Assembly: GCA_021803425.1 (NCBI GenBank)
Contig: JAJZLN010000014.1
Span: 1-46,743, forward strand
Length of the DNA stretch: 46,743 nt
Origin: Candidatus Micrarchaeota archaeon
GTDB taxonomy: Archaea; Micrarchaeota; Micrarchaeia; Micrarchaeales; CABMGC01
Reading direction: 5' to 3'
Part shown: piece by piece, positions 19,626 to 26,680 of the stretch
Layout: every line of letters starts with the position of its first letter
How positions within the stretch are numbered: the stretch's first letter is position 1
Program-made: the position numbers and the translations under genes
Notes under the pieces: model-generated
Database searches by the model: none
Seen by the model: the letters and a program-made list of their open reading frames with translations, nothing else
Told to the model about the DNA's origin: nothing

Positions 19626-21737
19626 ATGATAGCTGCTATTGCAATACTATCTCTTGGCGCAGTAAATGCCCTGATTCCGATAGTTATAGTGCTTGTCCTT
19701 GTAGTAGCTGCCGCAGGATTGAACAGGGGGTACAGCCTATTTAATTTCTTGGGGCTTTCTACTTTTGCGGGTATAAATCCTGGAGGCAAGGGGTCTCTAG
19801 CAGGAAAATCGGCGTTTTCAGTGCTCCTTCTTTCTTCCCCATTGGGAAGCAAATTGGGTTTAGGCAAAAGGCTGCGAGCCAGATATAAGAGATCTAAATT
19901 TGCAAGGAAGCGTGCATTAAGTAAGGAAAATCGCAGGATGGCTAAGCAATCTGTTAAGGAACTTAGAAAAGGTACGTTTGTAGAAAAAAATAATGCTGTC
20001 CAAATAAACAAAGGCAATGGAACAGAAAAACAAAAGTCACAAAGCATTCTTACAAGAAAAGTTTCTGATTTATTAATGAAAAATTCAGTTGCAACCAGGC
20101 TAGGTTTGGGAGCGACTGCATTAAAAACAAGGGGCATCAGCAAGTTTGAAAATGTGTCAAGGCCAAAGTTTACCCGGGCTGCAAGAGAATCTACGGTAAG
20201 GGAAAGAACGATTAAAAATGAAGGCATGCTGTCCAAATTAAAAGGATCGAAGAAGGCAAAATCTGTTTCGGCTCTTAAACAATTGGCATTTTTCGGTGCT
20301 CCAGCAGCATTTATTGGTGCAAGAATCACAAAAAAAGGAATAGAAAGGCATGAAAAAAATAAAAAAGCATCCAAGGAAATAATAAAAGAATATGAATCAG
20401 ACAAAAAATCCGGTGGAAATATTTCAAGCATCGTTGACAGATATAAAAAAATACAAGAAGATCAAGGAAAGCTTACAAGAGACCAAAGGACGGCAATGAA
20501 AAATGAGATGTTCTCAGAACTGCAGAGCAAGAGCAAGATTGCAGAAAAGCAGCAGGCCAAACACAATATTGCTACAGCCACTATTCTTGGCTCTGCTAGA
20601 GTTATAAGCGAGGCAGCAAGAGGTGCAAGCGGCAAGGCAGCCGGCTTGGAAAACGAAAGCGGCTTCAGTGGTGCATATAAGGCTGCATCAGCACACTTAA
20701 AGCGCAGCATGTCTGAGATGGGCACTAAGGAAACTTCTGTAGATCCTGCAAGGCTTGGAAGGGTTGCATGGAATATGATTGGCATTGGTGCATTGTCCAT
20801 TAAAAAAGGCAGTTCATTGAGTCCAGATGATATAAAAAGTTCTTCAAGGAGGGATATGTTTCTTCATGCACAATATACAAAGGTAAAAAATGAGAAAGAT
20901 CCTGAAAAGCTCAATCAATACCTTCAAAACATAAATAAAACTGAAGAACACTTTGAAAGATTAGCTTACTCTGCAGATAAAGCAGCACAGATTGAAGCTA
21001 CAAAACCGGCGCAGAATGCAGAAAGAGAAAATTTATACAAATACATTGCTGCAGCTAACAATCTCAAAGCGGAGATTTTGAAGAATAGGAATACTAGTAA
21101 AAGTGACAGGTCAAATATAGTAAGCGAATTTTTTGATAGAATACCTGAAAAGGAAAGTCAAAATAAAGCGCTTAAAGAAGACAAAGAAAATTTAGAAAAA
21201 GCGTATTCGAAAGCTACAAATGATAAGGAAAGAGAGATGTTGGAAAAACAGATTGAAGAAAAGAAATTACTTATTAATATAAATGAATCTGAAATAAAGG
21301 CCGATACCTCTGCTATTTTAAGTATTGCCCCAACAGAAAACATAAGTGGTATAAATCACGAAAAACTTTATAACTTTTATAAGGGCGGAAAATCGGCTTT
21401 AGATCTTGATGCTGAAAGAAAAGAAGCACTAATCCAGTATTCTGCCGCAAAAGACGACAAGCCTCAAAAAATTGCACTTAATCTTATCAGTGATGTCTCA
21501 AAAATAGCGGAAAATAATGCCTCTGGAGAGCGTGAGCTGAGAAAGCAGGCAGTCAGAGCACTCGAAATCAATGTAAATAGCGAGGATAGGGATATAAGCA
21601 CCGCTTCAAAATTGGGCCTCATAAATTCCGGCCTGGATCTTAACAGATTCAGCATGGATGATAACAAAGAGGTAAGGACGGCAGCATGCAAAGCCCTCGG
21701 ATTAAAAATTGATCCTAGAACCAAAATGCCCATATAA
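19626..21737 (+). CDS. Membrane-anchored, very basic and coiled-coil protein of unknown function in the T4SS-like cluster
   Basis: Hydrophobic N-terminus, then a K/R-rich stretch (KRLRARYKRSKFARKRALSKENRR) and a helical K/E-rich C-terminal half; A-rich DNA. Confidence 0.75.
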   Translation: MIAAIAILSLGAVNALIPIVIVLVLVVAAAGLNRGYSLFNFLGLSTFAGINPGGKGSLAGKSAFSVLLLSSPLGSKLGLGKRLRARYKRSKFARKRALSKENRRMAKQSVKELRKGTFVEKNNAVQINKGNGTEKQKSQSILTRKVSDLLMKNSVATRLGLGATALKTRGISKFENVSRPKFTRAARESTVRERTIKNEGMLSKLKGSKKAKSVSALKQLAFFGAPAAFIGARITKKGIERHEKNKKASKEIIKEYESDKKSGGNISSIVDRYKKIQEDQGKLTRDQRTAMKNEMFSELQSKSKIAEKQQAKHNIATATILGSARVISEAARGASGKAAGLENESGFSGAYKAASAHLKRSMSEMGTKETSVDPARLGRVAWNMIGIGALSIKKGSSLSPDDIKSSSRRDMFLHAQYTKVKNEKDPEKLNQYLQNINKTEEHFERLAYSADKAAQIEATKPAQNAERENLYKYIAAANNLKAEILKNRNTSKSDRSNIVSEFFDRIPEKESQNKALKEDKENLEKAYSKATNDKEREMLEKQIEEKKLLININESEIKADTSAILSIAPTENISGINHEKLYNFYKGGKSALDLDAERKEALIQYSAAKDDKPQKIALNLISDVSKIAENNASGERELRKQAVRALEINVNSEDRDISTASKLGLINSGLDLNRFSMDDNKEVRTAACKALGLKIDPRTKMPI

Positions 21738-21839
21738 TGGAGAATTTAGCAGCTCTGATGCATTCGATGTGGCTATTTTCAAGAGTAAATATAAAATAGT
21801 TGATATATAGTATATATTGGTGCTTTTGGGTGTTCAGGC

Positions 21840-22682
21840 TTGGCTGACAAGAACGAGATCCTCTCTGTCGTGCTTTTTGGATCAGGAATGGTCATTTTAC
21901 TGATAATGGGCATGCTGCCTTCAGGCCAGCTGCTTTTCAATGTAATTGCATTAATATTCTCAATAATATGCGTTTCCGTTTCAGTGCTGATGTTTGCGTC
22001 AAAAGATCTGTTCTACATGTTTGAACCTATTATGAAAATGAAGAACAAAGTTGCAGTTATAAATTCAGAAGAACCGTATTATATGTCACCAAACGGAGCT
22101 TCAGTCCTTATAAGGACCGATACAGGTGTATATGCCACATCATTTGTAAAAATCCCTGTCTACAGCTCATCGACAAACATGACGGATGAGGAGAAATTCA
22201 ATTTTTCCGGACTATTTGCAAGGCTTGTGGGACTAAGCAAGGATCCGATGAGGATATCCTCGCAGCTTTACATGATAAACAAGGATGAATACATATCAAG
22301 GATAAATGCCAAGCTCAATGAGGTACAGGAAAGATACAATACCTTGCAGAATGACAAGTCCGCTCAAAAAAGCGCACTTGACAGGGCAAAAGGCGAGGTA
22401 ACGATGTGGCACAATCTCCTTGACAACGTTTCAAGGGCCAATTCCCTTTCGCTTTCGGCGTATGCTAGCATAACTGTCATCGGGGGTACAGAAGATGAGG
22501 CAGTAAACCTTGCTTCGTTAAAGGCAGATGAAATTGCGGTTGCAATAAGCACCACCCTGGGGGTCATGGCCACTGTAGCATCAGGAAATGAAATACGCGT
22601 GTTCATAGAGCCCGATTATCTTCTGCCTCCTGGCACGGTAGGCGGCATGATGAAGTCGAAGGCCTTGCAAAGCAATACATAG
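21840..22682 (+). CDS. Two-TM protein with a VirB4/TraC N-terminal-like domain (VirB3/PrgI-like), paralogue A; TTG start
   Basis: 2 N-terminal TMs, GVYATSFV, coiled coil, YASITVIGGTEDEAVNLASLKADEIAVAISTTLGV...GNEI; lies just upstream of the VirB4-like ATPase. Confidence 0.55.
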   Translation: MADKNEILSVVLFGSGMVILLIMGMLPSGQLLFNVIALIFSIICVSVSVLMFASKDLFYMFEPIMKMKNKVAVINSEEPYYMSPNGASVLIRTDTGVYATSFVKIPVYSSSTNMTDEEKFNFSGLFARLVGLSKDPMRISSQLYMINKDEYISRINAKLNEVQERYNTLQNDKSAQKSALDRAKGEVTMWHNLLDNVSRANSLSLSAYASITVIGGTEDEAVNLASLKADEIAVAISTTLGVMATVASGNEIRVFIEPDYLLPPGTVGGMMKSKALQSNT

Positions 22683-22689
22683 TGGTTGC

Positions 22690-23511
22690 ATGGATGAAAA
22701 AACAATAATATACCTTGCTGGGTCGCTCGCCATAGCATTCCTCACGCTTATTACAGATTTCAAGTTCGGGCTTCCAGGGCTTATAGCAGCGCTTTTGTCG
22801 TTTTTTGCCATAATCATAATACTCATGCTGGCATTTGCAGATTTCCTTATATACCCAATTTTCACCAAGATGCTGAACATTGCAACAATACCTGCTAAGG
22901 ATTATATCATACCAAAGACGGGCGATGCCGTGATCAAGTACACAAATGGCATATACTACGCTACTGGATACCTTACGGCCAACATATACGGATATACCTT
23001 TGCAGCAGAGCAGATAGAGGATGCTGACGCTGCAATGGCAGCTGCTCCTGAAAAGTGGGAAAGGGCCATAATGAACATAAAATTCCCGTTCAAGTTCAAT
23101 GTAATTTCTGTTGCAGAAGACATACAGAAATACAGGGATGAGATAGAGACCAAGCGGGGGCTGCTCGAATTTCAGTATTCAAAGGAAACTTCATCTACAA
23201 ATCCTAATCCAATGGGACTTGAAGCCATACAGCGCCAGATAAACGTAATGCAGGCGCGGATAGATCGGATAAGCCAAGGCGAAAAGCCCCTAAACGCCCT
23301 GATGTACATTGAAACAACTGCAGTTGGCGTAAGCGAGAAGGAGGCAATAGACAACCTGTCAAACCAGCTTAATGAATTGCAGACAGTATTCAACATAATG
23401 GATATAAGCATAACCAGGGTTACTGGCAGCGAGGTTTACCATCTTTTCAAATTCAATTACATGATACCTAGCTTGAAGGAATTATCAAATATTTTCCAGT
23501 CGCAGGGTTGA
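22690..23511 (+). CDS. Two-TM protein with a VirB4/TraC N-terminal-like domain, paralogue B
   Basis: 2 N-terminal TMs, GIYYATGYL, coiled coil, YIETTAVGVSEKEAIDNLSNQLNELQTVF...VTGSEV; collinear with 21840..22682. Confidence 0.55.
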   Translation: MDEKTIIYLAGSLAIAFLTLITDFKFGLPGLIAALLSFFAIIIILMLAFADFLIYPIFTKMLNIATIPAKDYIIPKTGDAVIKYTNGIYYATGYLTANIYGYTFAAEQIEDADAAMAAAPEKWERAIMNIKFPFKFNVISVAEDIQKYRDEIETKRGLLEFQYSKETSSTNPNPMGLEAIQRQINVMQARIDRISQGEKPLNALMYIETTAVGVSEKEAIDNLSNQLNELQTVFNIMDISITRVTGSEVYHLFKFNYMIPSLKELSNIFQSQG

Positions 23512-23517
23512 AATTTT

Positions 23518-25029
23518 ATGGGATTAATAAAAATGCAAAAGATAATGAGCAATGAAATTGCAAAGAGGGCATTCCTGAGCCGGCCTTCCGAGCCTCCATC
23601 GGAATTCCTACTCAACGATCCGACTAATTCAATATTCATAGGGATAACCAAGAGATTCGGGGTGCCATTCACATGGACATTCGATACCCTCACAAACCCC
23701 CACATTTCAGTAGTGGGCATAACGGGTTCAGGAAAGAGCTTCTTTGTAAAGACATTCATACTTAGGGCAAATTATGTGTGGGGCACCAACGCGCTCATAG
23801 TGGATTTTGCCGGAGAGTACAAATCATGGGTCAAGCAGAGCGGAGGCACAATAATATCGCTTGGCAAAGGGGATTACATAAACATAATGGATCTTGCAGG
23901 TATGAAGCCGCTGGACAGGGTAAAGCAGATCATGACTTCACTTGATATACTGACTGATATAGAGGGGTTTCCGGAACAGAGGAGGCTTACTTCAGAAGCG
24001 ATAGAACAGTCATATCTCAATGCAGGCTTCATACTTGGTAGCTTTCCTGTTGCAGGCAAGGAGGCGCCGACACTCAAGGATGCCGCAAGCCTTCTTGAGG
24101 AGAAGCTGCAGGAAGGCACATATCAGTATCCTGCAGAGCTCGAGAATGCAATATACCGGCTTAGGCAGTTTTCCAGGGAGGGGGAGGATTTCTTTGCAAG
24201 AAAGTCCACTATAGACTTGGACAAGATAGTATCATCAGGCCTCGTAGACCTCGACCTTTCATCCCTTCCTGACGAGAAGTTCAGGGCTCTTGCCGCATTG
24301 TTCATACTGCAGACATTAAAGGAGAAGATGAGGTCCGCAGGATGGAGCGCCTCAAAGGGCCTCAAAGCCCTAATAGTTCTAGACGAGGCGTGGAAGGTTG
24401 CAAGTGATGAAAGAAGTGATGCGATAACAATAGTAAGGGAAGGGAGGAAGTACCAATTCGGGCTTGTAGTCGCTTCGCAGAATCCAACGGATATACATGA
24501 AGCAATTTTCTCAAACGTCGGCTCAAGCTTCATACTGAGAATAAAATTCCAGAAGTTTATGGACTTTCTGCAGGGCTCGTTAAATTTCTCCCAGTTCATA
24601 AGGGACGAGATAAGCAAATTGGGCGTGGGAGAAGCTGCAGTGGATCTTGCATTTCAGACCTCTGCGCAGTTTCCGTCGACATTCATAATGAACAGGATAT
24701 CCGGAGAGGTGCCTCTCGATGTTTTCACAGTGACTCTTGCAGACCTGATCACCCCCGAGGAGAATCGAGATCAGTCCATACAAAAGGAATATTCTTTAGA
24801 GAAGATGCTCTTAAGCTCAAAATTCATAGACAGCGGCATAAATACGGATATAATAGACACTGTTTTTGCGAATCTCGAGGCAAAGGGAAGGATAGTAGAC
24901 CTTAAGGAATTTATAAATATACTTATTGCAAACAAGCTTATGAAGGAACAGGTAGTATCTCTGCTCAGAGGAATAGGCATTCCTGACGCCTTGATAAGCA
25001 AAGCCTTCATGTACGGGGAACAGGTGTAG
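23518..25029 (+). CDS. VirB4/CedB/HerA-FtsK superfamily ATPase
   Basis: NPHISVVGITGSGKS (Walker A), IVDFAGEY, LIVLDEAW (Walker B), REGRKYQFGLVVASQ (Arg finger/sensor). Confidence 0.9.
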   Translation: MGLIKMQKIMSNEIAKRAFLSRPSEPPSEFLLNDPTNSIFIGITKRFGVPFTWTFDTLTNPHISVVGITGSGKSFFVKTFILRANYVWGTNALIVDFAGEYKSWVKQSGGTIISLGKGDYINIMDLAGMKPLDRVKQIMTSLDILTDIEGFPEQRRLTSEAIEQSYLNAGFILGSFPVAGKEAPTLKDAASLLEEKLQEGTYQYPAELENAIYRLRQFSREGEDFFARKSTIDLDKIVSSGLVDLDLSSLPDEKFRALAALFILQTLKEKMRSAGWSASKGLKALIVLDEAWKVASDERSDAITIVREGRKYQFGLVVASQNPTDIHEAIFSNVGSSFILRIKFQKFMDFLQGSLNFSQFIRDEISKLGVGEAAVDLAFQTSAQFPSTFIMNRISGEVPLDVFTVTLADLITPEENRDQSIQKEYSLEKMLLSSKFIDSGINTDIIDTVFANLEAKGRIVDLKEFINILIANKLMKEQVVSLLRGIGIPDALISKAFMYGEQV

Positions 25030-25031
25030 AA

Positions 25032-25328
25032 TTGGCCGGCACGTATTCAATAGAGAAGATAGAACTGAAGAGGATGCTGTCTAACCTCAAGGTAAGCGAC
25101 AAAAATGCGGAATCTATCATATCTTCACTCGACAAGATGCACAAGCACGTCAACATCCTTGTACTAATAGGTATGCTGCAGAAATTCGGTTTAGGCCAGC
25201 CGGATCTGGTAAACATGTTAAGGAGGATTGGTATAGATGATATAACTATATCAAATCTGTTTGACAGTCTGGACGAGCAATCAGTAAGGAACACATTCGG
25301 AAAGCTTATCGAACTCTCGGTTGATTGA
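25032..25328 (+). CDS. Small helical protein paralogous to the C-terminal domain of the upstream ATPase; TTG start
   Basis: YSIEK...MLRRIGIDDITISNLF aligns with the ATPase tail YSLEK...LLRGIGIPDALISKAF. Confidence 0.75.
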   Translation: MAGTYSIEKIELKRMLSNLKVSDKNAESIISSLDKMHKHVNILVLIGMLQKFGLGQPDLVNMLRRIGIDDITISNLFDSLDEQSVRNTFGKLIELSVD

Positions 25329-25695
25329 TGGTACTATGGAAGGATATTGCATAATATGCGGCAAGAAGAGGTTAGGGATAGGCATAGCAAATGACCATGT
25401 GATAGAGTTTATAAAGTGGTTCAAGAGGAACATAACCAAAAACGAGAAAGGAAATACACTGGTAGTTTGCAGGACATGCTATCCAGAATACAAGAAAAGA
25501 ATGGATAAATATGTGGGCAGGAGGCTCATTTATGTCGGAATAGGTGTTGCTTTTGCAGTTCTCGGCTTATTGCTTAATCCCAAAATAAGCGTAGTCCTAG
25601 TTTCAATATTTGTAATATTTGTCATGTACCTGGTTTCCCTTGTTAATTACACCCCTGGCCTTAACAAGTTGCAAAAGCGCCCAGAGCACAAATAA
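25321..25695 (+). CDS. Zn-finger (CxxC...CxxC) protein with two C-terminal TM helices
   Basis: YCIICG...VCRTCY followed by two hydrophobic segments; overlaps the previous gene. Confidence 0.75.
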   Translation: MIDGTMEGYCIICGKKRLGIGIANDHVIEFIKWFKRNITKNEKGNTLVVCRTCYPEYKKRMDKYVGRRLIYVGIGVAFAVLGLLLNPKISVVLVSIFVIFVMYLVSLVNYTPGLNKLQKRPEHK

Positions 25696-25732
25696 TAAAT
25701 ATGCACTTATGGTATAAATCTTGTGTGCAATA

Positions 25733-26509
25733 ATGGCCGACATATCCGCGTTAAGCGTACAACCTGGCGTTCAGGCAACCCCTTCTGCCGATCAGTATGC
25801 CCAGCAGCCGAAGATAGGGGAGTTCTCATTGCCAGGCAAGCTAAACTGTCCTGTTTCGGACCTGAATGAAATCTTCAGCAAACTGCCCCTCTATACCACA
25901 AAACTACAGAGCGACGGCATAGATCTTATAAAGGTAGAGAGCAGGAACATAGCAAAGAAGCCGTACCTATTCCATATAATAAAGATAAGGCCAAACGGCA
26001 TAGATGTTGCATTCTCCATAATACCCGACTCAAGCGTAGAGCTGAGGCGGGCCAACGTGCTGAGCAATGTAGCTGCAATACTTTCAATACTTTCGGACAA
26101 GTATTCTGTGGACTACGAAAAATTCATACAATATGTGGATTCTGTGCTTGAAGGGCTTGTGTCCGGATTATCACAGAATTACACCTCTCTTTACAACAAG
26201 TATGATTCAATCTTAAGCGAGTACAGGGAAATCAAAAGGCAAAACATCGAGCTTTCGGCATCTAACAGGAATCTGGCGCTGCAGTCTGCTCAGCTAAGCG
26301 AGGAGAATAAATCATTGAAGGCGCGTCTGTCTGAGCTGGAGAAGTTCAGCGATGAGTCATTAATGGCTCTTGTTGAAGAATGGATAAAGTCACACAATGA
26401 CTCTATAGATATAGTGGAATTTGCAAAAACCCATAATGTCACTCCGACAAGGATAGAGCAGATATTGGACAAGATGGCTTCAATGGGGTATATCGAACTT
26501 AAGGGATGA
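25733..26509 (+). CDS. Coiled-coil protein with a C-terminal winged-helix-like domain
   Basis: Heptads YREIKRQNIELSASNRNLALQSAQLSEENKSLKARL; IDIVEFAKTHNVTPTRIEQILDKMASMGYIE; ATG 25733 preferred to TTG 25721. Confidence 0.7.
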   Translation: MADISALSVQPGVQATPSADQYAQQPKIGEFSLPGKLNCPVSDLNEIFSKLPLYTTKLQSDGIDLIKVESRNIAKKPYLFHIIKIRPNGIDVAFSIIPDSSVELRRANVLSNVAAILSILSDKYSVDYEKFIQYVDSVLEGLVSGLSQNYTSLYNKYDSILSEYREIKRQNIELSASNRNLALQSAQLSEENKSLKARLSELEKFSDESLMALVEEWIKSHNDSIDIVEFAKTHNVTPTRIEQILDKMASMGYIELKG

Positions 26510-26519
26510 GGGTGCAATC

Positions 26520-26675
26520 ATGGCTTATTCTGTAAACATAATGAAGAAATATCAGCACGTCAGGGTGTATTCCATAAAGAAAAGCGTGAAGGGGAACCAG
26601 AACGAGATATCCAGGATAATCGAATCATTGATAAACAGGTATCTGCAGAAGAGAGCGGAGAAGCAGGAGGCCTGA
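26520..26675 (+). CDS. Small basic protein (51 aa) not in the supplied ORF track
   Basis: ATG 26520 to TGA 26675: MAYSVNIMKKYQHVRVYSIKKSVKGNQNEISRIIESLINRYLQKRAEKQEA; GAGGGTG SD-like site upstream; fills the gap between two co-oriented genes. Confidence 0.65.
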   Translation: MAYSVNIMKKYQHVRVYSIKKSVKGNQNEISRIIESLINRYLQKRAEKQEA

Positions 26676-26680
26676 ATTCT

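Noticed and set aside
19586-20431. 281-aa antisense ORF, and the many other antisense or overlapping ORFs in the track
   Set aside because: Shadow frames of longer genes that fit the operon structure; no motifs of their own
23518-25029. HerA of the HerA-NurA repair operon or a defence system
   Set aside because: No N-terminal HAS barrel and no nurA, mre11, rad50 or Sir2 neighbour; the context is membrane and pilin genes
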